34,582 bases of DNA, taken from a virus. Taxonomy: Duplodnaviria; Caudoviricetes. This document shows, piece by piece, positions 1 through 8,171 of the stretch. The number at the start of each line of letters is the position of its first letter. Positions within the stretch are counted from its first letter, which is position 1. The notes beneath the pieces are model-generated. The model saw only the letters and a program-made list of their open reading frames with translations, made no database searches and was not told the origin of the DNA. Where the stretch lies: positions 1-34,582 of IMG/VR virus record IMGVR_UViG_3300035544_000022. One strand, written 5' to 3'. The position numbers and the translations under genes are program-made.

Positions 1-152
1 ATTGTGGGACTTGTTTTGAGTTTACGTGAATGAAGCTTGTATATAGATTTTAATATGAAAATGAGCGAAACAAAAAACTTTCGAATGACAGAGCGAGAAG
101 AATTACAGAACAACAAGACAAAATTAGAAATTTAACGTTAGAAAATGCCAAC

Positions 153-485
153 TTGAAAAAAGGTATCTCTAAATCAAGTTTAGATATTTTGAACGGTAAT
201 TCAGATGTTCTTTACAATGTAAAACACTCTACTGAAATACTAGACGCATTTAACAATATTGTTTTAGGCTTATTTAAATTGTCTGATGAGGAACGTGTAT
301 TTAATACCATAAACGTAAATACAGACACGATAGATCAATACAAAAATATAGAAAACGAAATCGGAATGGAACTAAATGAATTAGCAGGAAAGATAGGAAT
401 TATGAGAAATCTTATTTTTGCGGAAGTGATTGATTGGCATAAGATGAGTGACTATATAATTGACAGGATGGAGGAATCAGAATGA
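153..485 (+). CDS. Hypothetical protein (frame is open upstream to 54; true start uncertain)
   Basis: ORF track. Same frame has ATG at 30 but an in-frame TAA at 51-53. Confidence 0.55.
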   Translation: MKKGISKSSLDILNGNSDVLYNVKHSTEILDAFNNIVLGLFKLSDEERVFNTINVNTDTIDQYKNIENEIGMELNELAGKIGIMRNLIFAEVIDWHKMSDYIIDRMEESE

Positions 486-492
486 GTAAAAA

Positions 493-729
493 ATGGTTAG
501 AGGGAATAAAGGAAAAAGTCAATCATCATGGTCACTTAGACAGGTTGGTGTAATCATGCAGCCAACTTTACACAAAATTATGAAACGCGCACACATGATT
601 AACGAGTTGAGAGACCGATTTAATTATACGAACGTAGAAGAAAAAGATGACGATCAGTTACTCAGAATACTCACGCATCTACGTGCAAGAGATATTGACC
701 ACGATCATCCGAGCGATAAATGGTTTTGA
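493..729 (+). CDS. Hypothetical phage protein
   Basis: ORF track; GGAGG at about 470-474; start may lie further downstream. Confidence 0.6.
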   Translation: MVRGNKGKSQSSWSLRQVGVIMQPTLHKIMKRAHMINELRDRFNYTNVEEKDDDQLLRILTHLRARDIDHDHPSDKWF

Positions 730-730
730 A

Positions 731-774
731 AATAGGGACAGAATAGGGACAGAATATGGACAGAAAGGGGACAA
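731..774 (+). repeat. Four tandem 11-bp repeats (AATAGGGACAG consensus)
   Basis: aatagggacag / aatagggacag / aatatggacag / aaaggggacaa read directly. Confidence 0.85.
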
Positions 775-779
775 ATGAG

Positions 780-974
780 ATGTTTATAAAATTGACAGAA
801 TTTTATACTGAAAAGGATTTATATTTGAATGCGGATAAAATCGAAAGTTTAAACGGAAGTAAAGGGCGAGGAACCGCGATAACCCCTACCGGAAGCCAAG
901 GCGAGTTTAACGTGTATAAAGTCAAACAATCACCAGAACAAATAATTAAAATGATTGAGGAGATGAAGAAATGA
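780..974 (+). CDS. FlbD/SwrD-like small protein
   Basis: MFIKLT...LYLNADKIESL...TAIT...YKVKQSPEQIIKMI resembles the FlbD family pattern as I recall it. ATG at 780 preferred over 756. Confidence 0.55.
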   Translation: MFIKLTEFYTEKDLYLNADKIESLNGSKGRGTAITPTGSQGEFNVYKVKQSPEQIIKMIEEMKK

Positions 975-1273
975 GCGATCAATTAGAACGTCTAAAAGAA
1001 AAAAGATTAGAAGTTTTAGAAGCTATCAAACCAATATGTGAAGCTTATAGAATAGATGATTATGATTATGAGATTGAAACGTATGGACAAAGAGAGGTTT
1101 TAAGAATTTACGATACGTTCATAGGTTGTTCTTGTAATTCTATTTTCGCTGTTAAACAAGAATTAACAGGATACATCTTTTTATCGATGTGGAAAAATAG
1201 AAGCTTAGGAGCTTTTAGTCCGCAAACAAAGAAAGTGATTAAACGTTATTGGATTGAGGAGATGGAGAAATGA
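971..1273 (+). CDS. Hypothetical phage protein
   Basis: ATGA-coupled ORF with GAGGAG RBS. Confidence 0.8.
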   Translation: MSDQLERLKEKRLEVLEAIKPICEAYRIDDYDYEIETYGQREVLRIYDTFIGCSCNSIFAVKQELTGYIFLSMWKNRSLGAFSPQTKKVIKRYWIEEMEK

Positions 1274-1704
1274 AATACAGTGAATTTGAAAAAGAGATGA
1301 ATAGTTTAGGGTTTAAAGTCGAACATGAAGAATACGGTATCGTTCTAAGGAACGCGAGATATGGAATTCTTTTGACATTGAGCAAAGTAGAAGTATTTGT
1401 TATTGATAGTAATTTCAGCGCTTTTACAAACGAAGGTAGTAGAGAAAAGAGAACTATTATTGAAAATGCTGTAAAGCTAGCAAGCACACCAATCGAAGAA
1501 CGAGAAGAAGAAAAGCAGTATAGATTGAAATTTGAAAACAATCTAAAAGAGATTTATGTTCTTTTTAATGAATCGACATCAGATTGGACTTACTACGATA
1601 ACGGTAAATTTGTAGGCAACAAGAATAAAAAGGCGATATTCACAGAATCCGAGTTAAAAGATATTGATGAAACAGGATTTGTTAGAGAGGAAGTGACAGA
1701 ATGA
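1270..1704 (+). CDS. Hypothetical phage protein
   Basis: ATGA-coupled ORF; ...KLASTPIEEREEEKQYRL...FTESEL pattern common in Firmicutes phage middle genes. Confidence 0.8.
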   Translation: MKYSEFEKEMNSLGFKVEHEEYGIVLRNARYGILLTLSKVEVFVIDSNFSAFTNEGSREKRTIIENAVKLASTPIEEREEEKQYRLKFENNLKEIYVLFNESTSDWTYYDNGKFVGNKNKKAIFTESELKDIDETGFVREEVTE

Positions 1705-1919
1705 GTGTATTTAGGTGCATAAAAGAATTCGAAGTCGATGAACTTGATGAAAACGAATCACCAACAGGGAATGATGTCATAGTCGAAAAAGATACTTTCT
1801 GGGAGCTTGAAGAAGAAGCGTATATAAGCGATGTAAGACTTGTAAAGTTAAAAACTTTCGAGTGGTTAGAAATATGTGAAGAAACTTTAAATGAATATTT
1901 TGAGGAAGTGACGGAATGA
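1701..1919 (+). CDS. Hypothetical acidic phage protein
   Basis: ATGA-coupled ORF with RBS. Confidence 0.8.
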   Translation: MSVFRCIKEFEVDELDENESPTGNDVIVEKDTFWELEEEAYISDVRLVKLKTFEWLEICEETLNEYFEEVTE

Positions 1920-2311
1920 AAGAAATTAAATTCAGAGGTAAACGCTTTAAAAGTGATGAATGGGTTTGCGGTAGTTTAATAAAAATGGACGAAAGAGGTT
2001 ATCAAAGTTTTATTTTCGAACATTACAACTACTCGTCATCGCAAAGTTGCGGCGCGATCGTCGGAAGGAATATGATTCCGATAAAAATTGAAACTATTGG
2101 TCAATATACAGGACTTAAAGATAAGAACGGTGTTGAGATCTATGAGGGCGATGTTTTGTTTGATGAACATTGTGATGTGTGTGGTGTCGTCACATTCGAA
2201 GAAGGTAAGTTCTTGTGCGAAACAGAAACTTATTCAGATGACTTGTGGGAAGTTTGTGATTACATGGTTGTTGTCGGAAACATTTATGACAATCCGGAGT
2301 TAATCGAATGA
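1916..2311 (+). CDS. YopX family protein
   Basis: EIKFRGK...GQYTGLKDKNGVEIYEGD...VVGNIYDNPELI signature. Confidence 0.92.
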   Translation: MKEIKFRGKRFKSDEWVCGSLIKMDERGYQSFIFEHYNYSSSQSCGAIVGRNMIPIKIETIGQYTGLKDKNGVEIYEGDVLFDEHCDVCGVVTFEEGKFLCETETYSDDLWEVCDYMVVVGNIYDNPELIE

Positions 2312-2475
2312 AACAGTCGCAAAAAGTAGCGGGCTTACTCTTACATGATGCAGTGAGTATGTTAAAACGATCAGATAAACGAATAGCTGAGTTAGAAAAA
2401 GAAAACGAACAATTAAAGAAAGACAACGCAATACTGTATAAACAACAAACAAAGATACAAACGAGAGGAATGTGA
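2308..2475 (+). CDS. Small coiled-coil protein (55 aa, not in ORF track)
   Basis: MKQSQKVAGLLLHDAVSMLKRSDKRIAELEKENEQLKK...; overlaps neighbours at both ends. Confidence 0.65.
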   Translation: MKQSQKVAGLLLHDAVSMLKRSDKRIAELEKENEQLKKDNAILYKQQTKIQTRGM

Positions 2476-3113
2476 ATATGGACTTTAAACAATTATTTGA
2501 AACACAATTAAAACTAGACTATCGCATCAAGAAAGAAAAGGCCTTACACGGTATACCACTGACAGAAAACAAAATCCTAGCGTTACTGGTTGAGATTGGC
2601 GAGATGACTAATGAGTGGAGAGGATTTAAGTTTTGGAGTAACAATCAAGAACCTAGAACGAAATTAGAGTATCTTTGTCCGATTTGCGAAGGCGCCGGTT
2701 CTTTGTATAAAACTGGCGGTGAATATGCGCTTGGTTTATCTGAAAAAACATGTGAAGATTGCGACGGAGAAGGAAAAATAGGTGAAAAAAATCCCCTGCT
2801 AGAAGAATATGTTGACGTGCTGCACTTTTTATTAAGCATTGGAAACGACATTGGTTATACGACATATACAGCACTTAAACCGACGAACGAGAAAATGACG
2901 GTACAAAAGCAGATACTAGAATTATATGACTTCACAGCTATCTTTATGAACAGTTTAACATTTGATGAACAAGTCGCGCGTGATCCGTATCAAGAACTGT
3001 TCAACCGATTCTTGAATTTAGGCCGTTTGCTAGGATTCACACTTGAAACAATCGAAGAAGCATACTACAACAAAAATAAAATCAATCATGAGCGACAGGA
3101 CAACGGCTATTGA
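2472..3113 (+). CDS. dut: Dimeric (all-alpha) dUTPase with CXXCXGXG zinc-finger insertion
   Basis: ALLVEIGEMTNEWRGFKFWS, LLEEYVDVLHFLLSIG and KNKINHERQDNGY motifs. ATG at 2478 is an alternative start. Confidence 0.88.
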   Translation: MNMDFKQLFETQLKLDYRIKKEKALHGIPLTENKILALLVEIGEMTNEWRGFKFWSNNQEPRTKLEYLCPICEGAGSLYKTGGEYALGLSEKTCEDCDGEGKIGEKNPLLEEYVDVLHFLLSIGNDIGYTTYTALKPTNEKMTVQKQILELYDFTAIFMNSLTFDEQVARDPYQELFNRFLNLGRLLGFTLETIEEAYYNKNKINHERQDNGY

Positions 3114-3310
3114 AAGCGACAAAGAAACTCACAGCAGAAACACGCATACAACTAGCACACGACATGTTAATAGCTTCTAAGGACGGATATAAGCCGGTAG
3201 GCGATATTAAACGTGAGGAGTATAAAAGTTCTTATGCTAATTATAGCGGTCGTTTAAAAGACGAATATGGACATAAATACTATACTTACATGCAAAAGGA
3301 GTTAAACTAA
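3110..3310 (+). CDS. Hypothetical protein
   Basis: ORF track; coupled to neighbours. Confidence 0.6.
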   Translation: MKATKKLTAETRIQLAHDMLIASKDGYKPVGDIKREEYKSSYANYSGRLKDEYGHKYYTYMQKELN

Positions 3311-3450
3311 TGACGGATAACTTAAAACAAGCATACGACATAGCCATAAAAATATATAACGGTCACATAGATGAGTTAGAAGCTGAACTTAAAGTTAAGA
3401 ACGTCATAATTATTTTAATGTTAGGGGTGATCGCATGGCTTTTATTTTAA
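3310..3450 (+). CDS. Small protein with C-terminal hydrophobic helix (46 aa, not in ORF track)
   Basis: AAGGAG RBS; MTDNLKQAYD...VIIILMLGVIAWLLF. Confidence 0.6.
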   Translation: MTDNLKQAYDIAIKIYNGHIDELEAELKVKNVIIILMLGVIAWLLF

Positions 3451-3647
3451 AAAAAGTAGCGAATGTTAAATTTAAAACAGGTGATTTCCCTACATTTAAC
3501 TATCGTTATATAAGTTGTTATAGTCATCCACCGTGGGAATTTGATACAACGGACGATAGAAAAAAAGCCTATATATTCGACGAAGAAGATGACGACATAG
3601 AACATTTATTAGATGTTTTTACGAGGGAGGATATAGATGATATTTGA
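3435..3647 (+). CDS. Hypothetical protein
   Basis: GGGGTGA RBS; ORF track. Confidence 0.7.
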   Translation: MAFILKKVANVKFKTGDFPTFNYRYISCYSHPPWEFDTTDDRKKAYIFDEEDDDIEHLLDVFTREDIDDI

Positions 3648-3987
3648 GATAAAAGGCGAGCTACCGACGATGAACGAGATAATCAAAGTAGCAAAGGCTC
3701 ACTATGGCGCATACGCAACGATGAAGAAGAAAAACACGCAACGAGTAGTAGAACAATGCAAACGCTTAAAACCGATTGAGCGAGCAGATATAAGCGTCAC
3801 ATGGTACTGTAAAGATAAGCGCAAGGATAAAGACAATATAGCGACAGGCATAAAATTTATACAGGATGGCCTAGTTGAAGCGGGCGTATTGAAGAATGAT
3901 GGTTGGAAAGAGATAGGTTGTATACGACATTTCTTTGAAGTAGACAAGGATAATCCTAGAATAGTCGTTGAGTTGACAGAGTTTTAA
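3637..3987 (+). CDS. RusA-like Holliday junction resolvase
   Basis: KRKDKDNIA...KFIQDGLVEAGVLKND...NPRIVVEL; size and position typical. Confidence 0.85.
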   Translation: MIFEIKGELPTMNEIIKVAKAHYGAYATMKKKNTQRVVEQCKRLKPIERADISVTWYCKDKRKDKDNIATGIKFIQDGLVEAGVLKNDGWKEIGCIRHFFEVDKDNPRIVVELTEF

Positions 3988-3996
3988 TGATATAAT
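3968..3996 (+). promoter_or_regulatory. sigma-A promoter
   Basis: TTGAGT-17 nt-TATAAT with TG extended -10. Confidence 0.6.
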
Positions 3997-4041
3997 GAAT
4001 ATGAAATTGTCATACACGTTTGGGCAATTTCCTCCTTTGGT

Positions 4042-4077
4042 AAAAAGCGCTTATTCAACTGGAATAGGTGCTTTTTC
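4042..4077 (+). terminator. Intrinsic terminator (possibly bidirectional)
   Basis: AAAAAGCGCTTATTC-aactg-GAATAGGTGCTTTTT. Confidence 0.7.
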
Positions 4078-4094
4078 TATGTTATAATAAAGGT

Positions 4095-4212
4095 GTTGGT
4101 GCGGAAACACTAACGATCGCCGCGCGGAAACGTGGCAATTATAAAAAGATAGTATGTATATAGACATCACTATATGTTACAAGAGGGCTTACATTCGTTT
4201 GTAAGTCTTTTT
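4095..4212 (+). ncRNA. Candidate sRNA with twin CGGAAA-loop hairpins
   Basis: TG-T-TATAAT at 4080-4088; hairpins 4095-4114 and 4119-4136; terminator 4181-4212; no ORF. Confidence 0.45.
4181..4212 (+). terminator. Intrinsic terminator
   Basis: AGGGCTTACA-ttcgtt-TGTAAGTCTT followed by T run. Confidence 0.65.
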
Positions 4213-4215
4213 GTA

Positions 4216-4244
4216 TTGACAAATGTTGATAAAGTTGTTATAAT
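4216..4244 (+). promoter_or_regulatory. Consensus sigma-A promoter upstream of nuclease/terminase genes
   Basis: TTGACA-17 nt-TATAAT with TG; a second TG-T-TATAAT at 4256-4264. Confidence 0.8.
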
Positions 4245-4436
4245 GTGCGCTTTTGTGTTATAATGGTAGTAAGAGGACAGCGACCGTACATCGTTTCCCG
4301 AAACCTACATGAGTAGGGATTACTCTTAATAAAACTATGTAGGAGTAGATAAGATGACAAACAAAAACGGAAGAATAAACCGATCGCTTAAGAGTTTTTC
4401 GCAATTTAGTGTTTATGAAAAAGCGGAGGTGATTAA

Positions 4437-4877
4437 ATGGTTAAAGTCGTAAAAGACAACCCGAAGAATAAACAATTCGCGAAAGAAAAAGACTTGCAAA
4501 CACACATAACAAAAAACATTAAAAGGTTTTTTTCTGACGTTGTTGGTGATGAAATGATTTATTTTGAAACCGAAAAAAACATACACGAACAAGAAACACG
4601 CTCACCAAGACCTAGTAGGGTAGACATCTATGTGTCGTGCAAAAAAAACGATTATATTTTAGAGTTGAAAAATCCCAAAGGTAAAACAGAAAACACCGCT
4701 GGGATAGGGCAATTACTTAAATACGCAACAATGATTGAAAAAGATGTGAAACTTTTGTTGATAACTACAATGTTTGATAACGAGTTAGGTAGAGCGATAG
4801 AAAAATTTAAACTCCCTATAAGGTATTTTTATATAGATAAGGAAAGCGCTTATGAATATAAAGGGGAGGTGATGTAG
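4437..4877 (+). CDS. PD-(D/E)xK nuclease (NucS C-terminal-like)
   Basis: EKDLQ...RVDIYV...ILELK...GIGQLLKY pattern (E..D..ExK..QxxxY); GGAGGTG RBS. Confidence 0.7.
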   Translation: MVKVVKDNPKNKQFAKEKDLQTHITKNIKRFFSDVVGDEMIYFETEKNIHEQETRSPRPSRVDIYVSCKKNDYILELKNPKGKTENTAGIGQLLKYATMIEKDVKLLLITTMFDNELGRAIEKFKLPIRYFYIDKESAYEYKGEVM

Positions 4878-5392
4878 TGGCTGGAGGAAGAAAAGGAAAA
4901 TATGCCTATTGGATAACTGAGGAGGGTTTGACAAAAATTGAAGGTTGGGCGCGAGATGGATTAACTAACGAGCAGATTTCTCATAATATCGGCATAACAT
5001 CGGCAACCTTATACGAATGGCAAAAAAAGTATGTTGAAATAGCAGACACCTTAAAAAAGGGAAAGGAAGTCGTTGATAGACAAGTAGAAAACGCTTTGTT
5101 AAAAAGGGCGTTGGGATACAGGTATGAAGAAGTGACGAGAGAGTTATCAGAAAGTGGTGATCTATCAATAACAAAGATTGTCACCAAAGAAGTTCAACCT
5201 GATACAACCGCGCAAATTTTTTGGTTAAAAAACAGAAAGCCGGACGATTGGCGAGAGAAGCCGGATAAAGTCTTTACAGAGAGAGCAAAGGCTGATACAG
5301 AGTTGGCGAGAGAGCGTATTAAGTTAATTAAAGAAACAACAAAAGACACAAGTCTATTAGACGCATTAACTGAAGCGTTACAAGATAAATAA
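4877..5392 (+). CDS. terS: Terminase small subunit
   Basis: N-terminal HTH (GLTNEQISHNIGITSATLYEW), VENALLKRALG, PDTTAQIFWLKNR; directly before terL. Confidence 0.88.
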   Translation: MAGGRKGKYAYWITEEGLTKIEGWARDGLTNEQISHNIGITSATLYEWQKKYVEIADTLKKGKEVVDRQVENALLKRALGYRYEEVTRELSESGDLSITKIVTKEVQPDTTAQIFWLKNRKPDDWREKPDKVFTERAKADTELARERIKLIKETTKDTSLLDALTEALQDK

Positions 5393-5409
5393 GGGGGGGT
5401 GGTTTTACC

Positions 5410-6683
5410 TTGTTCACTTTTTCAGATAAACAGAAAGAAATCATACAACGTCCATTCAATAAGACGTTAGAAGTTAACGAGGGTACTTAACCCCTAGAAG
5501 CGGAAAGACAACAGCAGGACACTTTAGATACGCTTCTTACTTGACAAAAACAGAAGATGAAAACCATTTAATATTAGCTTATAACCAAGAACAGGCGCAC
5601 CGTTTATTTATCGAGGGCGATGGAACAGGTTTAAAACATATATTTGGCGATTTAGCTAAGGAAAAGCATAGTGATGATGGTGACTATTTAGAAGTAACGA
5701 CAAAAAAAGGCGTTAGGCGAGTTTTCTACAAAGGTGGAGGGAAAGCTGATAGCCATAAAGCATTTCAGGGTATGAGTTTAGGTAGTGTCGTCTTTTGTGA
5801 GATTGATCTGTTGCATATGAGCGCAATACAAGAATCGTTTAGACGTACATTCGCTGCTAAAGATAGATACCACTTAGCTGACTTAAATCCACCCGCGCCA
5901 CATCATCCGGTTATCAAAGAAGTGTTTGACGTGCAAGATACAAGATGGACACACTGGACGATTGACGACAATCCGATTATAAAAGGTAAGCGTAAAGACG
6001 AGATTAAAGAAACCTTGTCTAAGAATCCATATCTATATAAACGAGATTGGTTAGGCCGGAGAGTAATTCCAACAGGCGTTATATATTCAATGTTTAACCA
6101 CGACGAACACATAAAAGAAGCGATTGAGGGTAAACCTATCGAAATGTTTTTCTCGGCCGATGGCGGACAATCTGATGCAACAAGTGCAAGTTGTAATATC
6201 GTTACGCGCATGAAAGACAAGACGTTTAGATTGTACAGGGTAGCACATTATTATCACAGTGGTGCTGACACAGGCCAAGTTAAAGCTATGAGTGTATACG
6301 CTAAAGAGATAAAAGAGTTTATCAACTGGTGCAAGAATGAGTATGATATGTATTTCTCACATGTATTCGTTGACCCCGCGTGTAAGAGCTTAAGGGAGGA
6401 ACTACACATGATTAACATAGATACAGATAAAGCTGATAATAACGCAAGAGAAGCGAAAGGCACAGGTAAAGGAATTGAGATAGGCATAGAGCGTGTTCAA
6501 AATGCATTGACTGATGGATTGTTTTATTTAGTAGAGAACGACACATACGATCACTATCATTTCTTGAAAGAAATCGGCATGTATGCACGAGATAAGAATG
6601 GTAAGCCTATCGATGACTTCAACCATGCGCTCGACGAAATGAAATATAGTTGCAATTACTTCTATAAACGATACGTCTTATAA
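5410..6683 (+). CDS. terL: Terminase large subunit (PBSX-like), encoded in two frames: 5410-5487 and 5493-6683
   Basis: TTG start with G-rich RBS gives MFTFSDKQ...EVNEGT*; second frame continues PRSGKTT, with Walker B (VVFCEID) and nuclease motifs (FSADGG, DDFNHALDE). Confidence 0.88.
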
Positions 6684-6695
6684 GGTGGTGAATCA

Positions 6696-8171
6696 ATGTT
6701 TGAGAAAGTTAAAGATACTATTAGGGGGTGGCTAAGTAAATTGGGAATCATCAAAGAATTAAACGACATACGCAATCATAAGAAAGTGCATATCGACGAA
6801 GAAGAATATAATCGCATTGCTTTGTGGACTGATTTGTACAGAGGTTATCCAGAAGATGGCGAACACGAATACAGTTACAAATTATTGTCTAAGTCAATGA
6901 CAAGACGACTACTAACGGTGAATATGCCGAAGATGGTAGCCAAAGAAATGGCGACGTTAGTGTTTAACGAGAAAGTAGAATTTAACGTAGATAACGACAT
7001 ATTCGACGACTACTTGCAAACAATACTGAAAGACAACAAGTTTTATTACAACATGCAATCGCATTATGAAAGAGCGTTAGCAACGTCAGGCATGGTGATT
7101 AAACCGTATGTGCAAGACGATAAAATTAAACTAAGTTTTGTAAGCGCGTTAAACTTTTTCCCGACCGCGTGGGAGAATGGAAATATCAAAGAGGGGTTTT
7201 TCACTAACCGCTTCAAGCGTGGCAAATATCATTACACGCATATTGAGTGGCACGAATGGGAAAACGAACGGTATCGGATCACGAACGAATTGTATCGTTC
7301 AGAATATGATGACAAGCTAGGTATTAGAGTATCGCTTGCAGAAGCGTTTGACGAACTAGAAGAAGTTGTCTACTTTAACGGACTAGATAAAAATACAATG
7401 TTTGTTTATATTAAACCAAACGAAGCGAACAACTTTAATAGCGATAGTCCGCTAGGTGTATCGATTTACGCCAACGCATTAGATACTATCTATACGATTG
7501 ATAGAATGATAGACAGTCTTAATCGTGAGTTCGTGCTTGGTAAGAAACGCATTATTGTCCCTGCCAACATGGTTAAGACAGTAACGGATAATAACGGAAA
7601 CTTAGTAAGATACTTTGATACAGAAGATGAAACGTACGAAGCTTTTAATGGTGGTGGTGATATGGAAGCTAACAATATCACCGATATTAAAGTAGAGTTA
7701 CGGGTAGACGAACATATCAGAGCAATCGAATTAATGTTAAAAATGTTAGCGACACAAACAGGATTCAGCAGCGGGACATTTTCTTTTGAAGATGGTGGAG
7801 TTAAGACAGCGACAGAAGTTGTGAGTGAGCAAAGTAAGACGTTTAAAACAAAGCAGTCGCATGAAGTGTTACTAGCGGAAGCGTTTAAAGACTTAGTAGA
7901 CTTGATCGCGTATCTTACGCAAGCGTTTAATTTAGGTGCGGTGCCAGAATATGAAGTGGCCATCAAGTTTGATGATAGTATCGCAGAAGATAAGACGGCA
8001 GAACAAGCGCGTATCATCACACTAGTACAAAACAAGCTGATGCCGAAAATTAAAGCTATTGCCAAAGTAAACGGCCTTACTGATGAAGAAGCGCAAGAAT
8101 GGTTAGAAATGATAGATGGTGAAAACAGAATGATTAGTGGCGGTGACCCAGGACTGTTTGGAGATGAATAA
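6696..8171 (+). CDS. Portal protein (A118/SPP1 gp6-like)
   Basis: 491 aa after terL; SPLGVSIYANA, KTATEVVSEQSKT, FDDSI motifs. Confidence 0.92.
   Translation: MFEKVKDTIRGWLSKLGIIKELNDIRNHKKVHIDEEEYNRIALWTDLYRGYPEDGEHEYSYKLLSKSMTRRLLTVNMPKMVAKEMATLVFNEKVEFNVDNDIFDDYLQTILKDNKFYYNMQSHYERALATSGMVIKPYVQDDKIKLSFVSALNFFPTAWENGNIKEGFFTNRFKRGKYHYTHIEWHEWENERYRITNELYRSEYDDKLGIRVSLAEAFDELEEVVYFNGLDKNTMFVYIKPNEANNFNSDSPLGVSIYANALDTIYTIDRMIDSLNREFVLGKKRIIVPANMVKTVTDNNGNLVRYFDTEDETYEAFNGGGDMEANNITDIKVELRVDEHIRAIELMLKMLATQTGFSSGTFSFEDGGVKTATEVVSEQSKTFKTKQSHEVLLAEAFKDLVDLIAYLTQAFNLGAVPEYEVAIKFDDSIAEDKTAEQARIITLVQNKLMPKIKAIAKVNGLTDEEAQEWLEMIDGENRMISGGDPGLFGDE

Noticed and set aside
5482-5495. Group I intron or alternative genetic code explaining the terL stop
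   Set aside because: The gap is only 5 nt with no terminal G; TAA is a normal stop throughout; read-through alone would not restore the frame.
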